Shown piece after piece: positions 45,411 to 56,945 of a stretch of DNA of 63,959 nucleotides (the first letter of the stretch is position 1; each line of letters starts with the position of its first letter). Origin of the DNA: an uncultured Clostridia bacterium (GTDB lineage: Bacteria; Bacillota; Clostridia; TANB77; CAG-508); the NCBI GenBank assembly GCA_944391015.1, contig CALXRZ010000001.1, positions 1 through 63,959 on the forward strand, read 5' to 3'. Position numbers and translations under genes: made by a program. The notes below the pieces were generated by a model. The model was not told where the DNA came from. It was given only the letters and a program-made list of their open reading frames with translations, and did not search any database.

Positions 45411-46781
45411 TTACCTTAACTGCAATCCCTTTATTGCCTCATTTATATTTCTGACACCTATTATATCTAATTTATAGTTTTCTTTCAAGAGTTTTTTGTT
45501 ACTTTCTGGTATAATGCATTTTTTAAACCCTAATTTTTCTGCTTCTTTTATTCTTTTTTCTATCATATTTACTGCACGGACTTCTCCTGTTAGTCCAACC
45601 TCGCCTATTGCCACAACATCTTGTGGTATACTAATGTTTTTAAAACTAGATATACACGCTAGTATAATGCCTAAATCTACAGCAGGTTCTGCTAATTTTA
45701 TTCCACTTACAACATTCAAATAAACATCTTGTCCACCTAAGTTAATTCCGGCCCTTTTTTCTACCACAGCAATTAAAACGGCTAATCTATTAAAATCTAT
45801 TCCATTTGCAGTTCTTTTTGGAATTCCAAATACGCTTGGTGTAGTTAATGCTTGTAGCTCAACTAAAAGTGGTCTTGTTCCCTCCATACTAGCTACAATT
45901 ACCGAACCTGCAGGATTGTCATTTCGCTCTGTAATAAGAATTGATGATGGGTTTGTAATTTCTACCATACCCTCATTTTTCATTTCGAACATACCTACTT
46001 CGTTTGTTGAACCAAATCTATTTTTGACACTTCTTAATATTCTGTAAGAAAAATATCTCTCACCCTCTAAATATAATACAGTATCTACCATATGTTCCAA
46101 CACCCTTGGTCCTGCTATATTGCCATCTTTTGTAACGTGTCCAATTATTATTGTGGTTATTCCATTATCTTTGCACATACGCATAATTCTTGAAGTAATT
46201 TCTCTAACTTGGCTAACTGTACCAGCTGCTGACGTAATTTCTTCAGAATACATTGTTTGAATAGAGTCTATAATAACAAGTTTTGGGTTTACAGACATAA
46301 TTGTGTCCTGAATATTATCAATATTTGTTTCTCCTAAAAACAATAAATCATCATTATTGATGTTTAATCTGTCTGCTCTAATTTTTACCTGTTCTGCTGA
46401 TTCCTCTCCAGAAACATACAAAACTTTTCCCTCGCCTTTTACTTTATCGCAAAGTTGTAAAATTAAAGTAGATTTACCAATTCCTGGCTCTCCACCAACT
46501 AGCACAAGCGACCCTTTAACTAGGCCTCCACCTAAAACTCTATCTAATTCGCCTATGCCTGTGCTCGTTCTAGCCATTTCAATGCCTTCTACCTCTTTTA
46601 ACTTGCGAGGCATACTTTTTTCTTTGCTAACACTGCTTTTTCCACCAGATGTACTTGATGTATTTGCTACCTTTTCTTCATAAAAACTATTCCACTCATT
46701 GCACGCCGGGCACTTTCCTAGCCATTTTGCAGATTCGTACCCACAATTACTGCATACAAAAATTGTTTTTGCTTTTGCCAT
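45411..46781 (-). CDS. radA: DNA repair protein RadA
   Basis: Zinc finger FVCSNCGYESAKWLGKCPACNEWN, Walker A GGEPGIGKSTL, KNRFG motif, and a Lon-like C-domain. Start set at the ATGATG after AAGGAGG; the ORF track extends to GTG 46799. Confidence 0.95.
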   Translation of the reverse strand: MAKAKTIFVCSNCGYESAKWLGKCPACNEWNSFYEEKVANTSSTSGGKSSVSKEKSMPRKLKEVEGIEMARTSTGIGELDRVLGGGLVKGSLVLVGGEPGIGKSTLILQLCDKVKGEGKVLYVSGEESAEQVKIRADRLNINNDDLLFLGETNIDNIQDTIMSVNPKLVIIDSIQTMYSEEITSAAGTVSQVREITSRIMRMCKDNGITTIIIGHVTKDGNIAGPRVLEHMVDTVLYLEGERYFSYRILRSVKNRFGSTNEVGMFEMKNEGMVEITNPSSILITERNDNPAGSVIVASMEGTRPLLVELQALTTPSVFGIPKRTANGIDFNRLAVLIAVVEKRAGINLGGQDVYLNVVSGIKLAEPAVDLGIILACISSFKNISIPQDVVAIGEVGLTGEVRAVNMIEKRIKEAEKLGFKKCIIPESNKKLLKENYKLDIIGVRNINEAIKGLQLR

Positions 46782-46794
46782 CATTTCCTCCTTT

Positions 46795-46824
46795 GGCACT
46801 TAAGTGCCTGTCACAAAAGTGCCA
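46795..46824 (+). repeat. second copy of the GGCAC..TGTCACAAAAGTGCCA repeat
   Basis: Contains the perfect palindrome GGCACTTAAGTGCC. It matches 25146-25175 at 27 of 30 positions. It spans the GH15 stop codon and abuts the radA RBS. Confidence 0.7.
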
Positions 46825-48769
46825 AAATGAACATTGCGTGTGACCAAGCAAGCCCTATTACCCAATTTGGTTGCATTGTGCTATTATCTATTTGTTCTCC
46901 AAGTAAACCGTGTTCATTACTGCTATTTACTATGAAGTCTATGCACTCTTTTGCTTTTTTGCTCTCTCCTATTTCTTTGTAGTACATTGCCATCCATAGT
47001 GTAGAAATTGCCCAAGGGCTGTTTCCTCCTCTATAGTGGTCTCCTTCAAATCTTAGGTATCCTCCTGTGTATGTTCTTAGCCTCATATTTATTTTTTCGA
47101 CTGTGTTTGTAACTTTCTTTTCATTTGGTTTGTACATTTTAAATGGTACTACTGTTCCTAATACACTTATGTCTGTTATTTCGTCGTTTGTGTTTCTTTT
47201 TAGTGTTTTTGTGTTTTCATTATACATATTTGCTTTTATATATTTGTCCATTTCTTTTTTATAAAAGTCTATCTTTTTACTTAATTTGTTTATGCTTTCG
47301 AGTTTTAATCTATTTTTTTCTTCGTATTCTGGTTTTAATATTTCATACATTTCTAAGATTGCATTAAATGCTGAATAGATACTTGCAAGTGAATATAAGT
47401 GTACTCCTTCATTCATTTCCCATAAGTCATAGCTTACAGGAAGTTTGTTTCTGTTTTCTGTGTGATATGTTTTTTCTATTTCATTTTTTACTATGTCGCT
47501 ATCATCGTGTAATCCTAGAATGTTGTCCATATATATACACAAGAATTTTACTGCGTTTTCGCACATTTTTAGCATATCTTTTAAGAATTTTTTATCTTTA
47601 GTAACTTTATAATGCTCATATACTCCATATACTACTCCAGCTGTTTCGTCTATTTGATATCCCCAGCAAGGTGCTAATCTTCCGTCTGTATAAAATCTCT
47701 GTTCCCACATTCCATTTCTGCTTTGGGTGTTTTTGCAAAATACTTTATAAAATTTTTCTGTTTCTTTATTCATCTTTAATTTGTCAAATGCTCTTGTTAT
47801 AAATACTGCGTCACGTGGCCAGCAGTAACCGTATCTACCACACTGTGTTAGGTTTTCGTCTACTTCTACTGCAGCTGCAACTCCACCCGTTTCTTTATTG
47901 GTTAACAATGGGAATAATAGTATACTTCTTTTATATATTTTGTTAAATTTTTTATTGTAGTCACTATTTTCTTCTTTTAATTCAATATTGATATGCTCTT
48001 TTACATACTTTTTCCAGTATTTTTGAACTGAACTTTGCTCAGCTTCTACATCTTGTTTTCTGATGTTTTCTATATTTTTCCACATTTCTTCTACATTAAC
48101 TTTATCATTTTCAAAAATGTATAAGTATATGTCAAGTTCCTTTGTTTCCCCTGGTTTTATAAGTCCTAACTCATAATTTATGCTAGAGTCTGAACTCATT
48201 CCTATGTAATCCTTGTCGTGTATAACCCCACTGCCTATATTATTGTCTGTATCATTTAGTTGATGCGCATTTATGTTCTTTTTAGAAAACATACATAATG
48301 TATTATTATGGCTATACTGCATTAGCACATTATTTTCTATTTTTGACCCTACCATATTGTTTGGGTTTGATAATAATTTTGAGTGCACTAAAAAGTTTAC
48401 ATTTAAGTCTATTGAGTTATTATTTTTAAATATATATCTTTTTATTAAAACACTATTTTTCATAGATACAAAATCTACTTGCTTAATTTGCAAATTAAAA
48501 TATGTGTTTTCTATTTCTGTGTTTAGTACATTTGTATCTTCTGTATAGTACTGATTATATCTATTGTTTTGGTCTTCGTGTAAATATATTATGCACGAAT
48601 CATTTATTTTTACGCCTGTATGGAAATATTCTAAAAATTGCCTAAAGTCTGGCATATTATACATAAGCCTTAGCATTTCTCCATTATATGTAAAGCTTGC
48701 AGTTATATCTTTTCCACCAATTATAGCATCATTAAAATACTTATTTTTCATCTGTATATCTCTCCTCAT
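46811..48769 (-). CDS. glycoside hydrolase family 15 (glucoamylase-like) protein
   Basis: 652 aa; GGVAAAVEVDENLTQCGRYGYCWPRDAVF and the (alpha/alpha)6 region ...LWEMNEGVHLYS...GLLGEQID. The start could instead be M7. Confidence 0.75.
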   Translation of the reverse strand: MRRDIQMKNKYFNDAIIGGKDITASFTYNGEMLRLMYNMPDFRQFLEYFHTGVKINDSCIIYLHEDQNNRYNQYYTEDTNVLNTEIENTYFNLQIKQVDFVSMKNSVLIKRYIFKNNNSIDLNVNFLVHSKLLSNPNNMVGSKIENNVLMQYSHNNTLCMFSKKNINAHQLNDTDNNIGSGVIHDKDYIGMSSDSSINYELGLIKPGETKELDIYLYIFENDKVNVEEMWKNIENIRKQDVEAEQSSVQKYWKKYVKEHINIELKEENSDYNKKFNKIYKRSILLFPLLTNKETGGVAAAVEVDENLTQCGRYGYCWPRDAVFITRAFDKLKMNKETEKFYKVFCKNTQSRNGMWEQRFYTDGRLAPCWGYQIDETAGVVYGVYEHYKVTKDKKFLKDMLKMCENAVKFLCIYMDNILGLHDDSDIVKNEIEKTYHTENRNKLPVSYDLWEMNEGVHLYSLASIYSAFNAILEMYEILKPEYEEKNRLKLESINKLSKKIDFYKKEMDKYIKANMYNENTKTLKRNTNDEITDISVLGTVVPFKMYKPNEKKVTNTVEKINMRLRTYTGGYLRFEGDHYRGGNSPWAISTLWMAMYYKEIGESKKAKECIDFIVNSSNEHGLLGEQIDNSTMQPNWVIGLAWSHAMFILALL

Positions 48770-48775
48770 TTTTAA

Positions 48776-50425
48776 TTATTGGTTCTCTACTATTTTTACT
48801 ATTTGCGCTTCTAATTCTTTTAATCTTTCTTTTATTTTTATTATATCTGCATCTGTATTGTCTTTTTCTAAATATTCTTCTTTAACAATGGTAGACATAT
48901 CTTCTAATTCTTCTTTTAATGTGTTCATTCTTTCTAATACTTCTAATCTTAAGTATCTTTCTCTAGCTTTATTTTCTGTCTTGCCTATCATTTCAATTTT
49001 TTCACCTATTTCATAGGTTTCTCCATAATCTGGAATTGTTATAGGTATGTTTGTATTTTCTTCTAATTTTTGCTTTAATACTATCTGTCCTTCTGGTTCA
49101 CCGTGAACTAGAAAGATATGTTTTGGTGGAGTAGTAAATGAATATACAAAGTTCATAAGCCACTCTTGGTCTGCGTGGCCAGAGTAACCCTCTATATATT
49201 CAATTCTGGCATTTACTGCTATTTCTTCGCCAAATATTTTTACCTTTTTTTCGCCATCTACCAACTTTCTGCCAAGAGTTCCTGGTGCTTGGTACCCTAC
49301 AAATAAGATTGTGCTGTTAGGATCCCATAAGTGATGTTTTAGATGATGTTTTATTCTTCCAACTTCACACATTCCACTAGCAGAAATTATTATTGATGAT
49401 TCTTCACTTTCATTAAGTGCTTTTGATTCCTCTGCTGTTCTTGTAAATTTAAGTCCGTTAAACTCTAATGGGTTATCTCCCTCATTTATTATGGCTTGAG
49501 TTTCTTCATTAAATAAGTTCATATTTTCCTTAAATACTTCTGTTGCAGATATTGCAAGTGGACTATCAACATATACTGGAACGCTCATCAATTTTTGGTA
49601 CTTTTTAGAAAATTCTTCGTCATCTTTTTTGTCTTTGATTCTATTTAGTTCATATAATATTTCCTGTGTTCTCCCAACTGCAAATGATGGTATTACTACT
49701 GTTCCACCTTTTTCTAAGGTTTCGTATACAATATTTAAAAATACTTCTGCTTTATCATCGTTACGTATATGTAGTCTGTTTCCATAAGTAGATTCCATTA
49801 CTAAGTAATCTGCATCACTTATCATTGTTGGTGGTGATAAAAGTGGAATATCGTTATTACCTAAGTCACCAGTAAATACAATTTTCTTTGTTTCGCCATT
49901 TTCTGTAATCCATACTTCTATAATGCTTGAACCTAGCATATGACCTGCATCATTAAATCTTGCTTTTATATTTTCGTCTATATCAACTATTTCATTATAT
50001 TGAACAGGTTTAAATATTTCTAAAGATTTTGCTGCATCTTCTGCTGTATAAATTGGTGGGACTGGCTCTTCTCCTTTTCTTTCCCTTTTTCTATTTTTCC
50101 ACTCTGCCTCCATTTCTTGTATGTGACCACTATCTGGAAGCATTATTGAGCACAAATCACAAGTTGCTTTTGTTGCTATAACGTCATTTCTATACCCCTC
50201 GTTATATAGTTTAGGTATTCTACCTGAGTGGTCTATATGTGCGTGTGTAAGTAGCATAAAATCTATTTCATCTACATTAAATAAAAATGGCGCTTCATTT
50301 TCAAATTCATCTGCTGCAGAGCCTTGGTACATTCCACAATCTACTAAAAATTTTTTTCCTGCTCCTTCTACTAAAAAGTTAGAACCTGTTACTGTTTTTG
50401 TAGCTCCTAAAAAAGTTACTTTCAT
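48776..50425 (-). CDS. MBL-fold beta-CASP metallo-hydrolase (RNA-metabolising type)
   Basis: LLTHAHIDHSGRIP, a beta-CASP region, GYSGHADQ, FLVHGE, and a C-terminal coiled-coil tail. Confidence 0.8.
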   Translation of the reverse strand: MKVTFLGATKTVTGSNFLVEGAGKKFLVDCGMYQGSAADEFENEAPFLFNVDEIDFMLLTHAHIDHSGRIPKLYNEGYRNDVIATKATCDLCSIMLPDSGHIQEMEAEWKNRKRERKGEEPVPPIYTAEDAAKSLEIFKPVQYNEIVDIDENIKARFNDAGHMLGSSIIEVWITENGETKKIVFTGDLGNNDIPLLSPPTMISDADYLVMESTYGNRLHIRNDDKAEVFLNIVYETLEKGGTVVIPSFAVGRTQEILYELNRIKDKKDDEEFSKKYQKLMSVPVYVDSPLAISATEVFKENMNLFNEETQAIINEGDNPLEFNGLKFTRTAEESKALNESEESSIIISASGMCEVGRIKHHLKHHLWDPNSTILFVGYQAPGTLGRKLVDGEKKVKIFGEEIAVNARIEYIEGYSGHADQEWLMNFVYSFTTPPKHIFLVHGEPEGQIVLKQKLEENTNIPITIPDYGETYEIGEKIEMIGKTENKARERYLRLEVLERMNTLKEELEDMSTIVKEEYLEKDNTDADIIKIKERLKELEAQIVKIVENQ

Positions 50426-50546
50426 TAAATTTCTCCTTTCGAACTTAAATTTATTTTTGTTATGTTACTAAATAATGATTTTAAATCTGGGCAATATGTA
50501 TATTTAGAAAATTTTTGTGGTGACGCGTAAGCGACCAAATTAGTAT

Positions 50547-52037
50547 TTAAACAAATAACTTTATCTTTTTCTTTATTTTTACAGAGTCTATATCTACATT
50601 TATTGCACTTTCTAAAATAGTATCGTCATAATATTCTACTGTTAAAATTTTATTTTGATATGAACATTGTATGTTTAAGTTTTGCAAGTTTATCATTTTG
50701 GTATCAAATACTTCCTTTAAAATTACATATGTTAAGGCACTATCCTCTGAAAAATTATCCCAAATTTTAAGTTCTTGTGCTTTTTTTATTATAAGTCTAA
50801 TTATGTCTTCAAACTTTGGTTTCAATGCTTTGATGTCTTTCATATACAATTCCTTATCAATTGGTAAATACCTATAATATCTTATTTTATATATCCATTT
50901 AATTAGCTTTTCTTTATTTTCTTCATTTATTTTTGAGATTATGTTCATTGCTTGTTCTAAAAATTCTGTTGCTAATTCTACTAAAGCAACTTCTCTATCA
51001 GTTTCTACAATATCATTTAGTAATTTTACTTCTTCTTCTAATTTGCTTTTTTGCTCAACAAACTCTTTTGGCAAAATTATTCTATTACATTCATCTATTT
51101 TTTGTATTAAATCTGTTCTTTCTTTATCTAATATTCCTACTAGATAGCTTACACTAAATATTTTTTGCTTATTAGGTAGTTTTTCATTTCGTGCATAGTA
51201 TTCCTTTTTTAGTAATTCGTTATTGTTTAAAATTTTATCAATTCTTTCTATTTCTTTTGTATAGTCTCTTTTTTCTTGAGAAATTTGATTTATAAATTCT
51301 TTTTTATTGTCGAATAGCTGTAATCTTTCTTGTTTTTGAATTCTTATTTTTTCAAAATTATCATTATATTCCAAATCATTAGCTTCACTTAAATATTTTT
51401 TTATGGCCATTTTAGTAACTATATTAAGCAATTTCTTTTGATTTTTGCTATTTATACTTTTTTTACCACTAAGCAATACCGTTGTTTGGTAAATATAATT
51501 ATACTCAATATCTTTTATTTTATTTTTATCTATGTCCCACGACCAGCCATTAAAATCACGTATTACTTCTACTTCAGTATCTATTTTACCAATTTTTAAT
51601 AGTAAATACATTGGTGATTCCATATATTCGTAAGGCATTTCTATTAAAGTTGGAGATATATCCAAATTTAATATAGCTGTTAACATTACAAGTTCGTTTT
51701 GAAAACACACTATTTCCCCATTTTTTCTATCTACTTTAAATAATAAATTGTTTTTTTCCAATTCTTCTGCTTCTGGTGTTCCAGATTTTACTAAAAATAT
51801 TTTTAAACACTTTTCCTTTATTATGTTAAATAAATTTTCTATGTATTCTCTTTTTGATGGAACTTCCACCTTTACAGTTTCATAGTCTTTATATGCATTT
51901 TCAATTTTATATAGCATACTTAACAATAAATTTTTTACATCATAGGAAAATAATTTGTTCTCTAAAATTTTTTCTAATTCGTTATTATAATCTTTTATGT
52001 CAATGTTTAATTTTGATAGAATTTTATTTTTTTCCAT
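50547..52037 (-). CDS. hypothetical Lys/Glu/Asn-rich protein
   Basis: 496-aa ORF with the compositional bias of a real AT-rich CDS. I recognise no motif. Confidence 0.5.
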   Translation of the reverse strand: MEKNKILSKLNIDIKDYNNELEKILENKLFSYDVKNLLLSMLYKIENAYKDYETVKVEVPSKREYIENLFNIIKEKCLKIFLVKSGTPEAEELEKNNLLFKVDRKNGEIVCFQNELVMLTAILNLDISPTLIEMPYEYMESPMYLLLKIGKIDTEVEVIRDFNGWSWDIDKNKIKDIEYNYIYQTTVLLSGKKSINSKNQKKLLNIVTKMAIKKYLSEANDLEYNDNFEKIRIQKQERLQLFDNKKEFINQISQEKRDYTKEIERIDKILNNNELLKKEYYARNEKLPNKQKIFSVSYLVGILDKERTDLIQKIDECNRIILPKEFVEQKSKLEEEVKLLNDIVETDREVALVELATEFLEQAMNIISKINEENKEKLIKWIYKIRYYRYLPIDKELYMKDIKALKPKFEDIIRLIIKKAQELKIWDNFSEDSALTYVILKEVFDTKMINLQNLNIQCSYQNKILTVEYYDDTILESAINVDIDSVKIKKKIKLFV

Positions 52038-52060
52038 AAAATTATAATTCCTTCCTAATG

Positions 52061-54466
52061 TTATTCATTACCACTCATCTTAAGTTCTTCCCATCTTTCT
52101 TTTGTCATAAGTACTTCACGTGGTTTACTTCCTTGGAAGCCAGATATTATGCCTCTTTCTTCCATTTGGTCTATAATTCTACCTGCTCTTGCATAACCAA
52201 CTTTAAAACGTCTTTGGATAAATGATGTGGATGCTTGTCCTGTTTCAACTACAACATCTATAGCTTCCATTAGCAATGGGTCTGTATTATCGTCTTCATC
52301 TTGACTGTCTATTTCTTTATCGGTGCTGTTTGAGTTTTCAATTTGTTGTAATATATCGTCATTATATGTTGCTTCACCATTATTTTTTATGAAGTCAACT
52401 ATTTTTTCTACTTCTTTATCTGAAATAAATGCGCCCTGTATTCTAGTAGGCTTTGGTGCTCCTGCAGGGTAGAATAGCATATCACCTTTACCTAGTAATT
52501 TTTCTGCACCTGCCATATCCAAAATTGTTCTTGAATCTACTTGAGAAGATACAGCAAAAGCAATTCTTGATGGTATATTAGCTTTTATTATACCTGTAAT
52601 TACGTCTACAGATGGTCTTTGAGTAGCAATTACTAGGTGCATACCAGCAGCTCTTGCCATTTGTGCTAACCTACAAATAGAGTCTTCTACATCTTTTGGT
52701 GAAACCATCATTAAGTCTGATAACTCGTCGATTATAATTACAATTTGTGGTAATTTTTGTCCTTCTCCTTCTTCTTCTAAAGCAGAATTATATCCTTTTA
52801 TATCTCTTACGTTTTTGCTCGCAAATAAACTATACCTATTTACCATTTCTTGCACTGCCCAAGCAAGTGCTCCTGCTGCTTTTTTAGGGTCTGTAACTAC
52901 AGGTATTAGTAAATGTGGTATTCCGTTATATACAGAAAGCTCAACTACTTTTGGGTCCACCATAACTAGTTTTACTTCACTTGGTTTTGCTTTATAAATA
53001 ATACTTGCAATTAAAGTATTTATACATACAGATTTACCAGAACCTGTACTTCCTGCAATAAGTACGTGTGGCATTTTAGCAATGTCAGTTACTACTTCTT
53101 CTCCTGCCACATCTTTTCCAAGTGCAAATGCTAATTTTGATTTATGATTTTTAAAACTATCGCTATCTATAATATCCCTTAATGGTACTATTTCATTTTC
53201 TTTATTTGGAACTTCTATTCCTACTGCTTGTTTACCTGGAATTGGAGCTTCAATTCTTATAGTTTCTGCTGCCAAGCTAAGTGCTATATCATCTGCTAAG
53301 TTCGCAATTTTACTTACTCTAACACCTTCTGCTGGCTTTAATTCGTATCTAGTTATTGCTGGTCCTACAGATACATTTTCGACTTTAGCCGATACGCCAA
53401 AGCTATATAATGTTTTCTGTAAACGTGTTGCAGTATCTGCAACAGCCTTTTTGCCACCTTTTATAGCTTTTTTATCTCCCTCTGCTAATAATTGTACTGG
53501 TGGAAATTCATAATGTTCATCTTCTACAGTTAGAGTATGCTCTAATTGTAGTACTTGTTTTACCTTTTCCTCTTTTGTTTCTTGCTCTGCTTTAAACAAA
53601 TTAGCTTCTATTTCATTTGGATTACTTTTTTCTTCTTTTTTGTCTTTTAATCTTCCACCTATATTAAATGGTATTAAATCATCATTAGAATGGTCGTATT
53701 TTTTTAGTTTTTTATCTTTTTTCTTTTCATCTTCTTCTGAATTATCATTCAAATTTATAGTTAACTGTTCTGCTAATTGCTCTGCTTCTCTTCTTTGCTC
53801 TTCTTTTTCTCTTAATCTACGCTCTTTTTTAGTTTCTTTTCTTTCTTCTACATCCTCATTCATTCTAGCAAGTTTTGCTTCTTCACGCTCTGCTCTTCTT
53901 TCTTCTTTTTCTTCTCTCTTAGAATCTATAAAATCTGCAATCATTTCTGCAGGCTTAATTCCGAAGATAAATACTAGCAATATTGCTCCTATTCCAATAC
54001 ATAATATTACAGTTCCAATTTCGCCAAGTAACCCTATAAGCCAAAATGCTATTGCAGTACCTATTGCTCCACCACCATTGTTAGTTTCGCCTAACTCATA
54101 GCCTCTTTCTACTACTGATGAAAAATTACCATTTTCATCTAAATTGCCATTAGAAAATTGAAACACACTAAGCACAGTAGCTATGCAAAGTAAAAAAATT
54201 CCATATTGTATTAGTTTTGATATTAAATATTCTTTATCCTCTGAGGTCATATAGATTGCTATTAAAAATGTGCCAATTGGAATAATATATTTTATAGCCC
54301 CCATAATTCCACCCAAGATAGGGCTTAAATGCTCTCCTATATAACCAGATTTTGTATATATTAGAATAGCTAGTAGTATGCTTATTAAAATCATAAACAC
54401 TACTGCTACGTTTATATCTAAGCCTTTTTTTGTATTTTTTTTGCTTCTTTTTCCTCGTTTAGCCAA
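52061..54466 (-). CDS. ftsK: DNA translocase FtsK/SpoIIIE
   Basis: N-terminal TM helices, a charged linker, Walker [41 protein letters not shown], and a gamma domain ([24 protein letters not shown]). Confidence 0.95.
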   Translation of the reverse strand: MAKRGKRSKKNTKKGLDINVAVVFMILISILLAILIYTKSGYIGEHLSPILGGIMGAIKYIIPIGTFLIAIYMTSEDKEYLISKLIQYGIFLLCIATVLSVFQFSNGNLDENGNFSSVVERGYELGETNNGGGAIGTAIAFWLIGLLGEIGTVILCIGIGAILLVFIFGIKPAEMIADFIDSKREEKEERRAEREEAKLARMNEDVEERKETKKERRLREKEEQRREAEQLAEQLTINLNDNSEEDEKKKDKKLKKYDHSNDDLIPFNIGGRLKDKKEEKSNPNEIEANLFKAEQETKEEKVKQVLQLEHTLTVEDEHYEFPPVQLLAEGDKKAIKGGKKAVADTATRLQKTLYSFGVSAKVENVSVGPAITRYELKPAEGVRVSKIANLADDIALSLAAETIRIEAPIPGKQAVGIEVPNKENEIVPLRDIIDSDSFKNHKSKLAFALGKDVAGEEVVTDIAKMPHVLIAGSTGSGKSVCINTLIASIIYKAKPSEVKLVMVDPKVVELSVYNGIPHLLIPVVTDPKKAAGALAWAVQEMVNRYSLFASKNVRDIKGYNSALEEEGEGQKLPQIVIIIDELSDLMMVSPKDVEDSICRLAQMARAAGMHLVIATQRPSVDVITGIIKANIPSRIAFAVSSQVDSRTILDMAGAEKLLGKGDMLFYPAGAPKPTRIQGAFISDKEVEKIVDFIKNNGEATYNDDILQQIENSNSTDKEIDSQDEDDNTDPLLMEAIDVVVETGQASTSFIQRRFKVGYARAGRIIDQMEERGIISGFQGSKPREVLMTKERWEELKMSGNE

Positions 54467-54612
54467 AGTATTTTCCTCCTTCGAAAATATCTATTTAGTA
54501 TATCCCTTGGTATTATATCACAAGGTTATTTAAAAGCAAACAGAATTTTAAAATTGTAACAAAAATGTAATAAAAAATGGACAAAAGGCTGTAGTTCCAT
54601 TTGTCCACTTTT

Positions 54613-55050
54613 CTATTTCAACTCTTTTCTATTATTTTGTATTATTTTTAAAGCATCTTCTAATGCTACTTCAATTCCGGCTAAAACTCCATCTGCATAT
54701 TCTTCAGTTCCACTTTTTATTTCTCTTGACATTTCGTTTGCAGTTTCTATTATTTCTACTTTTTTCTCATAAGCTTTTTTAGTAATTTCGTGCTCGTCTA
54801 TCATAGATATAATTCTGTTTTCTGCTTCTTTTATTATTTCATCGGCTTCATTTTGAGCTTCTACTAATATTCTTTGTCTTTCTTCTTTTATCCATTTTGC
54901 TTGTTTTAGTTCATCTGGTAATTTTAATCTTATCTCTTTAATTATATCTAAAATGTCATCTTTATTAACTATGCATTTGCTTGAAAAAGGTACTTTTCTA
55001 CTTTTATCTAGCATATCTTCTAACGTTTCTAATAAAGTAAATATTTCCAT
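54613..55050 (-). CDS. coiled-coil hypothetical protein
   Basis: 145 aa, predicted helical and charged. It lies downstream of rsmD. Confidence 0.5.
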   Translation of the reverse strand: MEIFTLLETLEDMLDKSRKVPFSSKCIVNKDDILDIIKEIRLKLPDELKQAKWIKEERQRILVEAQNEADEIIKEAENRIISMIDEHEITKKAYEKKVEIIETANEMSREIKSGTEEYADGVLAGIEVALEDALKIIQNNRKELK

Positions 55051-55054
55051 AACT

Positions 55055-55615
55055 TTACTCCTTTCGACTTAAGAATATTAGATAAACTCTGCCATATTTT
55101 CTTAAATCATATACTTCTACTGGTATTTTTTCTAATTCTTTTAAATCTCTTTTATCCTCGTCTGTTTCTACTATTATTATTCCGTTTTTATTTAATAAAT
55201 CTAAGGATATTATTTTTTCTACTGCTTTTACAGCTAAATCTTTTTTATAAGGTGGGTCTATAAATACCACATCTATTTTTTTATTTTCTTTTTTTAGTTC
55301 GTCTAAGCATTTTTTGTAGTCTTGCTCATATACTTTAGATTTATTTATAAATCTAGTTTTTTCAATATTTTTATATATCATTTGAGTTGCTTGATGAGAT
55401 TTTTCGCAAAAGACTGCCTCTTTTGCTCCTCTGCTTAAAAATTCTATTCCTATTGCACCACTTCCAGCAAATAAGTCTAGCACTGTGCTGTCCTCAATTT
55501 TGTCTCTAATTATGTTAAATAAAGATTCTTTGACTCTATCTAATGTTGGTCTTGTTGCAAGGCTATCTATTGAATTTAATTTTGTACCTCTTGCTGTACC
55601 GCTAATAACTCTCAT
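55055..55615 (-). CDS. rsmD: 16S rRNA (guanine966-N2)-methyltransferase RsmD
   Basis: MRVISGTARGTKL...RPTLDRVKESLFNI...VLDLFAGSGAIGIEFLSRGA...VFIDPPY. ATG 55615 follows AGAGGTGG; the ORF track extends to 55684. Confidence 0.9.
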   Translation of the reverse strand: MRVISGTARGTKLNSIDSLATRPTLDRVKESLFNIIRDKIEDSTVLDLFAGSGAIGIEFLSRGAKEAVFCEKSHQATQMIYKNIEKTRFINKSKVYEQDYKKCLDELKKENKKIDVVFIDPPYKKDLAVKAVEKIISLDLLNKNGIIIVETDEDKRDLKELEKIPVEVYDLRKYGRVYLIFLSRKE

Positions 55616-55829
55616 AACCACCTCTGCTGATATATCATATATATATTTTATATTTAATTTCTTATATGTCAATATTATTAACACAAATGTAATAATTATT
55701 TAACAGTTTTGTAATACTGTTATATTCCTGTAATATTACGTATAGTACTTCTAGTTTAACCTGTTTTATATTGAATTTTAAAGGTTAGAAAAAGCTAGGC
55801 TCTTATACCTAGCTCTTCTTTTGTACATA

Positions 55830-56282
55830 TTAGTCATCTTTGTTTACATCTTTAATCAATTCTAATTGTGATATTAGTAATGATTCCATTTTGGCTTTAT
55901 ATACATCAAATTGCTTTTTTAATTCATCAAATTCTCTTGTTTTTGCAGAAATTTGTTGTTCTAATTCCATTAGTTGGTTTTTTGCAGTAGCCTGTGCATC
56001 TCTTATTATTTGCTCTGATTCTTGTTTTGCAACCTTTTTTATTTCGTCAGCAGTACTTTGGGCCATTACTAAAGTATTTTGTAACGTTGTTTCTAAGTTT
56101 TTATATTTAACTAAACTTGCTTCTAATTCAGATATTTTGCCTTTACTTTCATTTGATTCTTTATATAGTTTTTCATAATCTGCTGTTAGCTCGTCTAAAA
56201 AATTATCAACTTCTTCTACACTATAGCCATTCATCATTTGTTTTGCAAATTTCTTGTTTTCTATATCTAATGGTGTGTACAT
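55830..56282 (-). CDS. divIVA: cell division protein DivIVA
   Basis: MYTPLDIENKKFAKQMMNGYSVEEVDNFLDELTADYEKL followed by a coiled coil. Confidence 0.9.
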   Translation of the reverse strand: MYTPLDIENKKFAKQMMNGYSVEEVDNFLDELTADYEKLYKESNESKGKISELEASLVKYKNLETTLQNTLVMAQSTADEIKKVAKQESEQIIRDAQATAKNQLMELEQQISAKTREFDELKKQFDVYKAKMESLLISQLELIKDVNKDD

Positions 56283-56315
56283 ATTGTCCCCCCTAAGCTC
56301 TTTATATAACTATAT

Positions 56316-56798
56316 TTAATTATTTGAATTGTTTCTTAGCCACGAAACAGATAATTTGTTTTTTATTTCTTCTCTAGCCATTTCATTTGTTATATCATAA
56401 TTAAATGGTGCTACTAAAAATATAGAGTTTGACACTTTTTGTAGGTTTCCATCTAATGCGTGAACTGCACCACTAACAACATCAACTATTCTTCTAGCTA
56501 CGTCTTTGTTAACGTATTCTAGGTTTACAATAATTGATTTTTTCTCCTTTAATAAATTACATATACTTTCTGATTGCTCAAAAGTTGTAGGTTGGCAAAT
56601 AACCATCTTTACTTGTTGAGTTTGTGGCATATTAACTACTTTATTGTTTCTTCTGCCCCAAATTTTTCTATCTTCTTCCTCTTCTTCTTGGTTTTCTATA
56701 TCTTCATTTTTATCATAATCTATTTCTTCTGTTTCTTCTTCGTCTTTTTCTGGTAACCCTAACATTCCCCATACTTTTTCCATAATAGCTCCTGACAT
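56316..56798 (-). CDS. sepF: cell division protein SepF
   Basis: Acidic linker, then QPTTFEQSESICNLLKEKKSIIVNLEYV...RRIVDVVSGAVHALDGNLQKVSNSIFLVAP. Confidence 0.9.
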   Translation of the reverse strand: MSGAIMEKVWGMLGLPEKDEEETEEIDYDKNEDIENQEEEEEDRKIWGRRNNKVVNMPQTQQVKMVICQPTTFEQSESICNLLKEKKSIIVNLEYVNKDVARRIVDVVSGAVHALDGNLQKVSNSIFLVAPFNYDITNEMAREEIKNKLSVSWLRNNSNN

Positions 56799-56945
56799 TC
56801 AAATAACCTCCTTAAAATTCGTCCTTGGTTTTACTTGATATAGTATCTATCATTTTTTTAATATTGTCAATAGTTTTTTAATTATTGTAATATTTTTTTA
56901 ATATATTTGTAATATAAATGTAATATTTCTTTGCTATTTTATGAA

